From Octopus sinensis (lineage: Eukaryota), in assembly GCF_006345805.1 (NCBI RefSeq), contig NC_043012.1, forward strand, positions 43,338,001 through 43,402,000: a stretch of DNA of 64,000 nucleotides, given 5' to 3'. The notes beneath the pieces were generated by a model. The model made no database searches, was not told where the DNA came from, and saw nothing but the letters and a program-made list of their open reading frames with translations. The position numbers and the translations under genes are program-made. Positions within the stretch are counted from its first letter, which is position 1; every line of letters begins with the position of its first letter. This document shows positions 38,745 through 52,204 of this stretch, in pieces.

Positions 38745-38885
38745 ACTCTGTCGTTAAGACCTTCGTTTCGGGTTCAGTCTCATTGTGTAGTCGCTTAGGC
38801 AAAGAATTTCTACTACAGCCCTGGGTCGACCAAAGTATTGTGGGTGGATTTGTTTTATAGAAACTGAAAGAGGACTTGTATGTAT
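38745..38885 (+). mobile_element. Decayed family B (CORE-like) SINE
   Basis: Matches the GGGTTCAGTC...GGCAA...CTACTATAGCC..GACCAAAG...GAAACTGAAAGA consensus of 54141. Confidence 0.65.
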
Positions 38886-39384
38886 ATATACTGTATGCAT
38901 TATACATATATATTCACATATTGCAATCACCAACAGTCTTTTACGTCTGTAATGCACATTTAAGGCATCAATACTAATACACACACACATATATGCACAC
39001 GCGCGCGCGCGCACATACACATGCATGCAAGCACTCCATCAAGAAAACGTAATGAGAAATATTGTTAACGGAAAGAATTCGTAAAGTTCTGATGTTGTAC
39101 AATATACTTCAAAAATATAAAAATTTTTGCTATAAATTGCATAAATTGAAAATATATTCTTTCAAGATCTTCGGTTAATGCAACAAATAAACTGAAAAAA
39201 TATTTGTTCTTAGTGTAAGGTAACCTAATTTTCATATATATTAAGAGACTCTTTCTCACTTTCTCTTTTTCTCCCCCCTCTCTCTCTCTTTCTTACTCTG
39301 AGTGTAAGGGATACTAAAATAAGGAAAGACAGAAATTAGAAAAGTCAGCGATAAACAGTTAAAGGTGTCACAATTTTCACTTGG

Positions 39385-40240
39385 TGGTAAGCTATCTGAA
39401 TCGTTAGCACGCCGGTCAAAATGCTTAGCTGCGTTTCTTCCGGTTTTACTATCTGAGTTCAATTGCTATCAAGGTCAATTTACATTTCATTATTTCGGGG
39501 TCGATAAAATAATTCCCAGTTGAGTATGGGGTTGATGTAATCAACTAGGCCCCTCCCAACAAAACTTTCTGGTCTTGTCCTAAAATTTGAAACCGTTATT
39601 TTAATTTAAAGGCAGCAGCTAATAGAATTAGGAGTGTGACGAACAGAATGCTTAATAACATTTAGTTATGTATCTTTATGTTCTTGGTTGGCAATGCTCC
39701 GAGCACAATTTCTTTCGTCGCTTTGGAAGCGATAAAATATTGGGTCAATAAAATATTGTAGTCGTGATAAACTTCAACGTTCCTTTCCAACGATATGTTA
39801 CATGATTTCTTCTTGAAATAAGGGCGATATTTTCCAGAATCGTTAAAATATTATAGAAAATGTTATGAAGTATTTAGTTACAATTCTTTATGTTATGGGT
39901 TCCAATCCCATCGGAGTCGGCTTTACTTTTTAGCTTTCCAGGGTGGATGTAAAGAAGTACCAGACATATATTAGATCATTATAACTTGATAGTCTCTCCG
40001 TTAACTGAGACATTATTAGAAATTATTGTTTCTACTTGAACTGGTTGCAAGAGGGTAGAATCGTTAGCACGTCGGACAAAATACTTAGCGGTATTTCCTT
40101 CGTCTTTACGCTCTGAATTCAAATGCCGCCGTTGTTGATTTTTTTGCCTTTCGGTTTGATGAAATAAGTATCTCTCAAGAACTGGGGTCGATGTAATCGA
40201 CTACCTCCCTCTCCCCTAAATTCAGACCTTCTGCCTATTA
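39385..40240 (+). mobile_element. Cluster of decayed family A SINEs
   Basis: Repeated GAATCGTTAGCACG and GGGGTCGATGTAATCGAC motifs (clearest 39385-39595 and 40048-40240). Confidence 0.65.
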
Positions 40241-41059
40241 AAGAATTATTTCTACTTGAACGTTTCTGTCAAAATGAGAGAATAAAAGTGCATTTTCTTT
40301 GTACATTTCCTAATAGACATGTTTTTATGCTATAAAATGGAACATTCTCTGATTGTCATATTTAGCTCAGAATGTGAAATTATTTCTGAGTTTGTTAGCT
40401 ACAGTATTACGCGTAACACGCCAATATTTTTCTGATTGGAATAACAAATGTACTGAGAAAAAGTTTATGAAAAGCGTATGATATAGATTTAAAATGAAAT
40501 TTGAATCATAACCCAAATTCTCTCTCTCTCGTTTTGTAATTGTGAATTTCCTCATCCTCTTTCTATTTTACATTCATGATTAACCTGCTTTGACTACCAG
40601 TCAACTAGATTTTGTAAAATTTGCTATAACTGCCAACCTACTATGCTAACATGCATTCAGTACTGCTGGCCTCAATAAATAAATATGATGTATATTTTAG
40701 CTGTAATTTCTTCTTGAAATTGACACGCTTCCAAATCTCGTAAGACCTTATTCAAGCTAAATTACATATCGTTTTTCATTGATGCCAACGTCTCACTAAT
40801 TTTTATAGCACTTCTCTCCCACCATTATTTATCTATCTATTTATAAAACTCTCTGTGCAAAATATTGTTTAAAACTATTTACAGCAATTTTATTAAGGCA
40901 AAACAAATAAAACAGGATCTGTGAGAAAAGAGGACGAAGTAGCTATGATTGTAAAGTGGCAATTAGGAATTGAATTCTTTCCCCATAGTTGTATTTCATT
41001 ATATTATATTTTTTTAAACATGTAATAAATGAAAACAATAATTAACAGATACTGCAAAG

Positions 41060-42750
41060 TAGACAACGGTTGAGTTAATGTGTAGTTACTTATTTGAATT
41101 CAAGTAGCAAGTTATTCTTTTGTAGAAATTGTCTTCTTGAAAGTTCCTCAGTTCTCTTTTCGGGAATCAATTCTATGTTCATATTTATTCGTGTTGTGAG
41201 GTTGTAGTCATTAAATTCTTCTTTACGAACACAATTCACTCTTGTTATATCGATTCTATGACGAATGTTCTCGTTAACAGATCTGCGACCTGGTTTTGAT
41301 TTCCTGTCGTAGCATTTGTCACTTAACACGTGTTTTTAGAAAAGCATGACATATTATAATATTCTTCTTCCGGCATATACACGAGCAGAATTATGCTGAT
41401 GCATTTTCTTTATAATTTAAATACATAATTTAATTTTAAATATTTAGATTTAAACCAAACCCTTCCAACTTCTATAGTGTACCAATGTACAATTTTGACT
41501 TGTTTCCCCTTTCCTTTGCAGAATGTTTACAAAAGCCTTTGAATTAAGTGACGTGACATTTCCTTATCTCACTTTATATAAGTTCCCCACAAAAAGCCTG
41601 GATAGTTTCAACTACTAAACCATTATTTAATTTTATTATATTTCTTCATAATTTTCCCAGTATCTTTAAAAATTTCATAAAATTTCTGTGTCAATTTTTC
41701 CCAACAATTACTTTAATTGGGCACGTAATTATAATTTTGCTCCCGCTCTTAACTACGATGATTTCATTACATCTGTTATTGCTTAGTTACTGCTGGAGCA
41801 ACATGATCCTAACTGACCAATGTGGGTTAAATCCTCTCTAAACTAAACTATTTTCTTTTACCTTTGCTTTCGAATATCCAAGGACCTGGTTTACGTTTTC
41901 ACGGCCACGAAACTATGAGTAACATGAGGAGCTAAACTGTTACTCAATAGATACAGTTTATATATTTTCGAGTGCTATTTCCGTTCGTTTGTTCAATCAC
42001 TCGTACAAGACATATATATTTGCTTGAATTGCATAATCTATGTTGAATGCTACCCACAAATTATAGATAAACAGTTGAAAGCTCTATTTGATACGGTTCA
42101 TGAAGAAGATAGAAAGTGTTATCAAGTATTGTGCCCGGGAAAGCATCCTTCGGGAACAGGTCGATTGCAGATCCGCGGATAAATTCGGTTTCGAATCACA
42201 TGCCTTTTCCAGATAAAATATTTTAAAAACTTCGACGTGGATTTGATGAACATCCTCAAAAAGGTAAGATTTCAGCATCATCCTGATTTTTCTGCATACT
42301 TTGAACAATTGCTTCAAGCAATCACCCAATGTTCATATTCTCAGTAATAGAAGAAAAATGAATTAGGAAACAAATGTATCTACACAGAACAGACTCCTTT
42401 CTAACACCATCGCCAAAATATGAAAACCAGAATATCAACATACAACAAAATAATCATCTGAGCAAAGAAATTAGCCACTCGTCGTAAGTTAGAAAATTGT
42501 GTGGACCGCTCTCCATGAGCTTCTATATATCATGCTTAAGGATCACAAACCCAACTTCCTTTTTAACTTTAAATGCAGGGTAATTTTTCAAAGTTTTCTT
42601 TGAAATCTTGTTTTCAACGATATCGTTTACAATTTTGGCCCCCAAATCTTGATCTACAATCCTCCTTCCACACACACATACACGTACACTTTTTTGGTTG
42701 TTCACATTTATCGAAAATTTCTTGAGAATCTATGTGAAAAAATACAGATA
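41060..42750 (-). mobile_element. Heavily decayed Penelope-like element
   Basis: Remnant motifs FNPHWS, KSKLYIGT and ELIPEKRTEELSRR..LL in the PLE order RT then GIY-YIG. Confidence 0.45.
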
Positions 42751-42892
42751 TTCTTAAAAAAAATATTTTCAAAATTTCAATGTTTAAAAAAAAACTACTC
42801 CACCCGCCTTCCCTGATTTTGAAATAGCTACCCCACCCTCATACCAACATTATGGACGTTTCAAAACTCGACCGTTGGGTTCCTCATGTATA

Positions 42893-42953
42893 GATGTCTG
42901 ATGAGTCAGCAGACGAAATGAGGGCAGCTTTCGTTGTGTTCGCTCATCATGTT
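42893..42953 (+). ncRNA. Type I hammerhead ribozyme motif with long stem III
   Basis: GAUGU CUGAUGA GUC-agca-GAC GAAA UGAG-[GCAGC-uuuc-GUUGU]-CUCA U C AUGUU: intact core, AUC triplet; stem I relies on three G-U pairs. Confidence 0.65.
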
Positions 42954-43427
42954 GAAATAACAGCCAGTTCTCTGAAAAATAATATTTTTTTCCTAAATTT
43001 CGTTTTTTATATCATCTCTTCTTCTGGCTCTTCTAATAATGACGTCTGCTCCACAGAAATATAGATTAATGACCTGTAGTGACACCGCATTTCGTTATGC
43101 AATCATAATATACTACGAAGTATATTAAACTTTTTATAAGCCAGTACTGTGTTCTACTTTTTCTGTAGACAATCTTTACAGATAGCCTTAACAAGTCGAA
43201 ATATAGAATGCATTAGCACAGCTATTCTCATCCCCCCACCCACATAGAAATTTCAGGCAAATCTTTTTCCCAACCCTCTCTATTATATATATTATACATA
43301 CACATACACACTCACATACATACACACACACACACACACAAACACACGCACACACACACACACACGCACACACACACACACACACACACCACACACACAC
43401 ACACACACATATATATATGTAAATATA

Positions 43428-43660
43428 TAATAATTCCTCACCATATCGCGGTTCACCTATCGCCTGTTCATCTATCGCAGTTTATTATTTAAGCTTACGT
43501 CGATTTCTTCGTGCTGTTGTTTTGCATTTATAATAAAATAGATATATACAAATTATGAAAATAAAAAAATACAGTACAGTACTGCTTCTACTTTGCGGAT
43601 TTCCACCTATCGCGGGGGTTCTTGAGACGTAACACCTGCGATAGTCGTGGGATTATTACC
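43428..43660. mobile_element. Tigger/pogo-like MITE
   Basis: Ends taattcctcaccatatcgcgg... and ...gcgatagtcgtgggattatta are imperfect inverted repeats. Confidence 0.5.
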
Positions 43661-43739
43661 ACATGCACACACACACATATACACTTCATCATGATTTTAC
43701 GTCCATGTTCCACGCTGGAATAGGTTGGATGGTTTAACA

Positions 43740-43950
43740 GTACCTGGTGAGTCTAAGGACTGAATTGTGTCTACTTTGGCATGCATCCATCATACACCCA
43801 TTCCCAAAGGTTACACTGGCACATTTTACCTGCTGCTGGATCTCCTCATCTATATCTGTGATCGGTGATTGATGACTATCCAGATAGTGAATGTGTTCTT
43901 TAGAAGGCGAAATAAGCTTGCATCCATATAATTGTGTTTTCCACGCCTGT
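43740..43950 (-). mobile_element. RTE-like LINE fragment
   Basis: HYLDSHQSPITDIDEEIQQQVKCASVTFG, matching YLGS....ID.EI..RI.KAS..FG. Confidence 0.55.
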
Positions 43951-44729
43951 GTTAAATGCTTCAACTCATCAAAACATCAAACACACACACAAAAACAAAA
44001 ATATTTAAGCCTTCAGCTCAAAACACTGATTAATGTGAATTTGTAAAATTAAAGATTCATTATAATTTTTTTTCCATAGATGCACCTTCAAGGATTCTTA
44101 TAGACTTGCAATTGGTTCATGCTGACTACAAAAGTTTCTTATCAGTTGGTTTGCTTCATGGTTTTCCTTTATGATTTCAATGACATCCAATGTTTTTCAT
44201 TGGTTGAAAAGATGCCTCCGGAGTGTTGTGAGGATTAAAAAGGAGGCTGACAAATCACCATTTTTTAAAACACTTAGATCATTACACTCACAGTTTTATT
44301 ATGACGTATTAAGTGATCATTATTTTCTTAATCCAATAGTTCTTCAGTGACTCGAAGTTTTCTGCAGAATTCCTGGATATCATTTTGCATATCATTAAGG
44401 ATTTCTATTGGAATGTTCCTCCTTTGTCTCAGACTCCTCAGTGGAATTTTAATATAATTTATTTTATTCTAAATTTATAAAATTTGTATTTTTTACGATA
44501 GTTTAAACTTTGAAAAAAAATTTTTTCGATCTTGTATACTTCTTGAGTTTTGTCTCAATAACAATTTTGGCTTTTAAGCGTTGCATGTAAAAAATAAGTG
44601 GACTAGCAGGGAAATCTATCTATTAATACATGTATGTATTTGTATATATAAATGTTTGCATCAGTATATATATATATATATTAGTTTGGTATGCACTTGT
44701 GCATATGTGTGTATATAAGAATGCCTGTG

Positions 44730-45050
44730 TGCATATATGCAAGAAAGAGAAGGGGACCCCCTTCAGTCATGAATGAACATGGGACTGCACCTAGAAAGTT
44801 CCCCTCCGAGGCAAAGTCCAAGCATAGCTGCCCATGCATGCCAGCCTACCTTCTTTACGCCACTGATGTTATACAAGGGAAAGGCAAAGGGGCCGATACA
44901 GCTTGGCACCAGTGATACTGCAACACATTTCTACAGCTGATTGAACTGAAGCAACGTGAAATAAAGTGTCTTGCTCAAGAACACAACACACAGCTCGGGC
45001 CAAGAATCGAACTAACTACCTTATGATTGCGAGCCCGACGCTCTAATAAT
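44730..45050 (-). mobile_element. Family C SINE with tail
   Basis: Reverse complement of the CORE-like block; tail homologous to 11355-11432. Confidence 0.6.
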
Positions 45051-45154
45051 TGAACTTACATGTATTGTAAATGTAGGTCGCGTGTATGTATATTATAATT
45101 GTCTATATGTGTATTTGTTTTGTATATGTATATATGTATATGTGTACATAAGTA

Positions 45155-45214
<60 letters not shown>

Positions 45215-45283
45215 TACTTATGTACATAAATTACTTATATATATAAATTAGAAGTTCTTATTATATTTCTAGTACTATTACAT

Positions 45284-45357
<74 letters not shown>

Positions 45358-45358
<1 letters not shown>

Positions 45359-45911
45359 GCCCTGATGCAGTACCAGGCAGTGGCTCTCATGGCTTCTGAT
45401 CTTAACTGATTGGAAGTTTTATCATGTACATTGTTTTGTCTTGGTATAAAAGATGGGCTACAGCAAATATTCTGCTCAATACCACAGATTTGCTTGTAGG
45501 TTGTTTGACCTTAGCAGTTGAGTATGTCCCTTAGTGGCTGACGATATGTGCATCTCTGATCACGAGCAGAAGTAGTGGGGGAGCATCATAGCCATGTGCT
45601 GAGAGGGATTCTTTGGGGTTTGAATAGTTCACCTCTGGAAACATGGGTGGTTCTTTCAACATCATTAAACAACCCTTATTCAGGGACCGTTTGAGCGGGA
45701 TGGGCTACTCAACCTGAAGAAAATTCTAACTGGACTCCACCTGCAAGGTCATGTGCTGTTTATCTTGATATGAGATCACCATGTCGCGCACATATGGTTG
45801 TGATGCATGTGCCTGGTGTACCTTTATCAGACAGGTAGTCATGATGGGTATATTGGGCTTCGTATATTTTACCCCAGTGTCACTTTGATGGCATGAACTG
45901 CTCTCTCACTC
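45358..45911. mobile_element. ~555-bp (AAT)n-flanked repeat, copy 2
   Basis: Differs from 24046-24600 only by scattered substitutions; (AAT)n on both sides. Confidence 0.9.
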
Positions 45912-46513
45912 AATAATAATAATAATAATAACAAGTATTTTATAAACGATAAGTTATACGTCTTTACTTTGGAATTTTTCATTTATTTCTTTTATTCCAT
46001 AAATATTTACGAAAGATATCTATAATAGTTATGTAAGTAATAATGGAGTAATTTATTTATTGTTTATATGTTTATTGATAGAAAAAATATGGATTTTTTA
46101 ATTACTATATTTGCTGATTATAATTTAGATACGCATTTTTGTATATTTATTAATTTATAATTATTATATGTGAACTAAAATCTAAAAATATTAAGAGTGA
46201 TTGTTTTGTAAAATAGTTTGGTAATTAAATATTAGAGTATAGCTAGGTTAAAGATATTCTATAGTTTATTATTGTTATTTTATTAAGCTAAATTATATCT
46301 TCACAGATAAATACATTTTTCTATCTATTTACTCTATTTTTTACCTTAAATATTTAACATAATAAATCTTTTGTAGGCAACTGGTCCTAATGTTTTAAGT
46401 TTCAAATTTAGTTAATGGAGTTTCTTCTATAAGAAAAATCATTATTTTATTTATTAATAAATATTGTTTAATTCTATTTGCTTATTTATTTAACTGTTAT
46501 TGTTATTATTTTT

Positions 46514-46614
46514 AACCTGAAGAGTAACTATAACTTTAAATTGAATAGATTTTCGATTAAATTCAAATTTAATTATAATTCGAATTTAATTATAATCATG
46601 AAACATACGTAGTT
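46514..46614 (+). ncRNA. Old type I hammerhead motif with intact core
   Basis: AAC CUGAAGA GUAACUAUAA...UUAUAAUCAU GAAAC AUAC GU A GUU; stem II 8 of 10 pairs. Confidence 0.6.
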
Positions 46615-47827
46615 TTTTTACTTATTATATATTAATTATTCATTTTTGTACTTTTTGTGATCTAGTTATATGTTTTAAAAAATATATTTTATTTTTTATT
46701 TATGATTTGGTTTATGTCTGTCATTGTTTGAATTGCATAATAATGTTTTTTCCCTAATTTATATATTATATATTTATATTGTGAAATTTGATTTAATACT
46801 AACTTGAATTTTTTCCTGTAAGTTTGGAGTTATACTCCATATTATTATTATTATTATAATATATAATGCATGTACATCTGAATGAGTGTATATATATATA
46901 TATATAATATATATGAATATGTGTGTGTGTATGTGCGTGTATGTGTGTGTGTGTGTGTGTACGCAGCTATTATATTTAATTATATCTTGAGTGTGTCTGG
47001 TTGTATTTCAAATATACTAATATTTGGCCAATTCAAAACAATAGTTAACGCTATAAATTTGACTTTTAAGCTCGAATAATTACTCCCCACCCAAATCTTA
47101 ACTCTCCCGAAAAATGTCAGCCAAGAGTTGTCACTTAAACCTCAATAGTTTAACCTTTAAATAGTCTCGATTAAATCTCTTCATCGCAAACTTGAACATA
47201 ACGTAGATTTTCACAAGGAAGTCGTACTTGCACACGCAATAACTATACCTTTGTATTACAATTTCTACATCATTATATTAGTTTTCAAACACACCCATCA
47301 CCTAAACTGTAAACAAACATCAAAAGTCAACACATCTTTATATGATATGCAAATAACTTTTCCTACTTTTCAATCGTATCATATCTCCGGAGATATGATA
47401 ATAATATTCACACACGCACAAATACACGCTTAATTATAAGCATGTTTATGTGTTGGGAAGACAATAAGATGAACTTAACTGATTTGATTTTAAAGACCTA
47501 TAGACTTAAAGCCACTTTTAACTTTAGCATTAATTTAAAAAATTCTTATTATATCTATTTAATTATAAAATGTAATAAATAAGCCTAGATTCATATCTTA
47601 ATATTTGTTGATACTTGTTTTATCCATACATAAGTGCATATACGCAGAGTATGAATGTGTATAGAGTTATACGTATAAATATACATACGTGTTTATATAT
47701 ACACACACACATACATACATATGTGCATGCAAAGATGTACATGTATTACATATATATATATGCATACAATATAAATACGTTACGGAGGGGAATTTTTCCA
47801 TATTTCCTGTTTGATATTTAAATATAA

Positions 47828-47934
<107 letters not shown>

Positions 47935-48069
47935 GAGATTGGAAAAATTCCGGTATTATTTATTTGCCATTTCATGTTTCATTTGCTAACATGAGTTACA
48001 GAATTGTACATGTAGAAAACATGTAAGATATCTCCTATTAGAAATTCTTCAGACAGAGAATTAGATATT

Positions 48070-48672
48070 CTTTTACTTATTTCAGTCGTTTGACTGTGGC
48101 CATGGTGCAGCACTGCCTTTAGTCAAAGAAATCGACACCAGGACTTATTCTTTGTAAGCCTAGAACCGCTAGGTTACGGGGACGTAAACACACTAACATC
48201 GACTGTGAGGTGATGGGGGCGGGGGGACACAGACACAGACACACACACACAAACACACACACACACAAACGCACACACACATATATACGACGGGCTTCTT
48301 TCAGTTTCCATCTATCAAATCCACTCATAAGGCTTTGGTCGGCCCGAGACTATAGTAGAAGACACTAGCCCAAGGTGCCACGCAGTGGGACTGGACCCGG
48401 AACCATGTGGTTTGTAAGCAAGCTACTTTATTTCATAAAGATTTGCCATAAAGGCATTACAAAGAGACGAACCCGGATCGACTGCTTGGAAGGCAACCAT
48501 GCTAACCGGCAGGCTTCTTTCAGTTTCTGTATACCAAATCCACTCGCAAGGCTTTAATCGTCTGAGGCTATAGTAGAAGACACCTGCTCAAAGTGCCACG
48601 CAGTGGGACTGAAGCCGGAACCAGGTGGTTGGGAATCAAGCTTCTTACCACACAGTTAGTCTTGCGCCTATA
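48070..48672 (-). mobile_element. Two tandem family B SINEs (48070-48428 and 48480-48672)
   Basis: Reverse complements of the 54141-54590 copy; the first has an internal (CA)n. Confidence 0.85.
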
Positions 48673-48680
48673 GAAATATT

Positions 48681-48753
48681 CGCCCAACTTGGGGCTCGTA
48701 CCCGCAATGCCGAGATTAAGAGTCTCGTGCTTTACCGATTGAACTACCAGAAT
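48681..48753 (-). pseudogene. tRNA-Lys(CTT)-like pseudogene or SINE head
   Basis: ...GGTAGTTCAATCGGTAAAGCA CGAGA CTCTTAA TCTCG GCATTGCGGGTACGAGCCCCAAGTTGGGCG aligns to eukaryotic tRNA-Lys-CTT. Acceptor 5' strand and T loop are mutated. Confidence 0.75.
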
Positions 48754-49040
48754 TTACACTTGGATGAAGCGTTCATAAATATTTTAAAGAAATATATATA
48801 TATTTATATATATGTAAAAATATATATTCATACACATATGCATATGAGTGTATGTGTGTTTGTAGGAGGAGGGTATTATATATTCACCTTTGCACGCATG
48901 TACGTAACCATCTCTACTTTATCTATAAGTCTATAAGTCATAACGTGTATATTTTGTGTTAATATATGAATATATTTAAGCATAGAGATTTAATTGCGCA
49001 CTAGTCTAAACTTAAGCGTTTTGTCACGTGTGTGTGAGCT

Positions 49041-49084
<44 letters not shown>

Positions 49085-49159
49085 CTCTTTTACTCTTTTA
49101 CATGTTTCAGTCATTTGACTGCGGCCATGCTGGAGCACCGCCTTTAAATATATATATAT

Positions 49160-49203
<44 letters not shown>

Positions 49204-49289
49204 ATTATATATATATATATATTAGTTTATGTACATACATGTATGTGTATGTGAAAAAGACACGAGTGAGTGTATTTACACTGCACATA

Positions 49290-50506
49290 CAGAGGTTACA
49301 GTAAATAATGGCAAGGTCACTTATGTTTAACTATCTTTATTTTTGGCAATATAACAAATTGAAATAAGGCGGCGAGCCGGAATCGCTGCCATACCGGAGA
49401 AAATGTTGCGGCATTTTGTTTGGCTTTACGTTCTGAGTTCAAATTCCGTGGAGGTCGACTTTGTCTTTCATACTTTCGGGGTTGATTAAATAAGTATCTG
49501 TTGAACACTAGTGATGTACTCCTCCTGAAACTGCTGGCCTTGTGACAAAATTTGAAACCAATATGATAAATTGAAAACTGTTCTAATCCGTATTTCAGTT
49601 ACTAAAACCACTGAATTGTTTAATATTTGTGGAGGTACAGCTCTGAATTTATATTGTCATTCCGAAATCAGAGTAAAACCAGTGTTGGCAAGCGTAATTC
49701 TAGACGGAAGGCAAAGCTCACAGAGACGGACCAAGGAAAAGTGAAATGTATTGCGTCAAAAAACCATAGAAGTACGGCAACAGAAATGAGAGGAGTGCTA
49801 AACCGTCAGTAGTGCGTTACATTAATCTAGATGCATGGGAATCTTGATATTTGTTAAGTTCACTTGACCTCCATCAACATCAGTAAGAGAGAAAATGGTG
49901 TCTAGACTATTAGAAGTGATCGAAGGTTCAATAGAAGAATATTTGTTCTTTTGAATACTGATTCAGCTTTTTCTCCACTTTAGGACGAGTTTATGCCTGG
50001 AGACTACTCAAAAAAATAATTTAACCCTGACTTGATGACTTTTCCTGTCATATCACAGACGTTTTTGGTACTTCACTTATTTTTCATGGCAGGGTTAACG
50101 CCAAGGTATATTGCTTGATTATATCCATCCCGTGGTACAATCATCTTCGCCAGATCTTCAGGACGATAATGCGATTCAAGCGGCTAATGTTATTTAAAAT
50201 TGGTCCGAAGAACACAAAAGTGAAGTAGATCACTTGGACTGGGAGACATAATCACCAGCTCGAACATTTATGATATATTCAGGAGCAACGAGTGAGGAAC
50301 CGTTTTCCTCTGTTATCGTCGCTGAAAGAGGTAAAGGTTTTAATGAAAGAATGACTGAAAAATTTCTCTAACAACTTGATCAGAGCCTGTACGAATTAAT
50401 TCCTCGATGTATTAAAGGTGTGATTGGTACCAGAGGTGGGCAAACGCTGTATTACATAATAAACTTCCATTTAACGAAGTGTTTCCATTATTTTACCCAC
50501 CCGCTG
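49290..50506 (+). mobile_element. Decayed Tc1-like transposon containing a family A SINE (49368-49560)
   Basis: TA|CAG...AAATAATGG and CCATTATTT...CTG|TA ends; GRKAKLTETD...KNHRSTATE and FQDDNA motifs. Confidence 0.75.
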
Positions 50507-50728
50507 TACATAGCTATAAATTTAATATAAAGAATCTTTATTAGAAATTGGACTCCCCCTCCAAAGTAAGGGATGAAATAGAACTCAACCTTTTCTCATA
50601 TATATATATATTTACTATTACCTATATATATTATTTATTATTACTTATATATATACATATATGTATAAGTTTTTTTCCCTCTTTCGCCCACATCGGGATC
50701 TTTCTTTCTTCTTTCTTCCTTCTCTTAT

Positions 50729-50763
50729 GTTTCCGACGAAGAGCTCCGCTCGAAACGTCATAC
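50729..50763 (+). ncRNA. Variant minimal hammerhead motif (U4C)
   Basis: GUUU CCGACGA A GAGC-ucc-GCUC GAAAC GU C AUAC; one stem I mismatch. Confidence 0.45.
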
Positions 50764-50853
50764 CCTCCTTCTTCCATTTTCCTGAGCGCCTAATAATAAT
50801 AATACTGTAATTGTTCCACGTGTTGTTGTTTTTTCTGTTTTCCCGTTGGATTA

Positions 50854-50905
<52 letters not shown>

Positions 50906-50919
50906 TATACATATGAATA

Positions 50920-50976
<57 letters not shown>

Positions 50977-50986
50977 AAGCATATTC

Positions 50987-51022
50987 CTTTCTGTGGAAGA
51001 GCGTAGGCTCGAAACGTTAAAG
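50987..51022 (+). ncRNA. Variant minimal hammerhead motif (A6U)
   Basis: CUUU CUGUGGA A GAGC-guag-GCUC GAAAC GU U AAAG; stems intact, core position 6 altered. Confidence 0.5.
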
Positions 51023-51103
51023 ACTTTTTCACTTCCCGAGCGTTATACTAATACATCTGTTTGTTGTCTACACCACCTGCCTTCGTCTTTTGTTTTTTTT
51101 TGT

Positions 51104-51219
51104 GTCAGGTTCATTGCCACTGCGTGGCACCTTGGGCAAGTGTCTTCTACTATAGCCTCCGGCCGACCAAAGCCTTGTGAGTGGATTTGGTAGACGGAAC
51201 CTGAAAGAAGCCCGTCGTG

Positions 51220-51299
<80 letters not shown>

Positions 51300-51502
51300 G
51301 TTTGTGTGTCTGTGTTTGTCTCCCCAGCATCGCTTGACAACCAATGATGGTGTGTTTACGTCCCCATAACTTAGCGTTTCAGCAAAAGCGAACGATAGAA
51401 TAAGTACTAGGCTTCCAAAGAGTAAGTCCTGGGTGTCGATTTGCTTGACTAAAGGCGGTGCTCCAGCATGGCGCAGTCAAATGACTGAAACAAGTAAAAG
51501 AG
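51104..51502 (+). mobile_element. Family B SINE with internal (TA)n(TG)n
   Basis: CACTGCGTGGCACCTTGGGCAAGTGTCTTCT CORE-like block; tail ...GGTGCTCCAGCATGG..CAGTCAAATGACTGAAACAAGT. Confidence 0.88.
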
Positions 51503-51533
51503 AAAGTAATATATATAATATATATATATATAT

Positions 51534-52204
51534 ATTCGATAGAAATTCATCACTACCAGCGGCCCAGTGGAAAAGAAAAATAGTCATGAGACTAAAATAT
51601 CATTAAAAACGCAGAAACGATGCATCGTCTAAAAGATGAATTAGGGTAAACGTTTTTAATTTTTCACCTATTTCCGAATTACATTACTTGGCGGTTGGAG
51701 TTATGGCTGCTCTGTCTAGTGGACGAATGGCCTGTTAAGGCCATTCCTAAATTGTTATATATTTACATTTTAGTCTCATGACTATTTTTCTTTTCCACTG
51801 GGCCGCTGGTAGTGATAAATTTCTATCGAATTTTTTACTACCCTAAATTGATTAATTGATTATTTTCTGACTAATTCTGAGATTGATAAGGTTGGCGCGA
51901 TTGCGCTGGTCTTCGAAAATTTTAAGACAGATATTCCAGAGGCTTCGATGCAGTAGCCTCGTGTATATTTGCCTCTACCAAAGGTTTCTTTACTGACGAA
52001 GCGTGACCTATGGTAGATTAGCTTAATTTAATTTAATTAAGCTGGTCTATCATTAAAAACGCAGAAACGATGCATCGTCTAAAAGATGAATTAGGGTAAA
52101 CGTTTTTAATTTTTCACCTATTTCCGAATTACATTACTTGGCGGTTGGAGTTATGGCTGCTCTGTCTAGTGGACGAATGGCCTGTTAAGGCCATTCCTAA
52201 ATTG

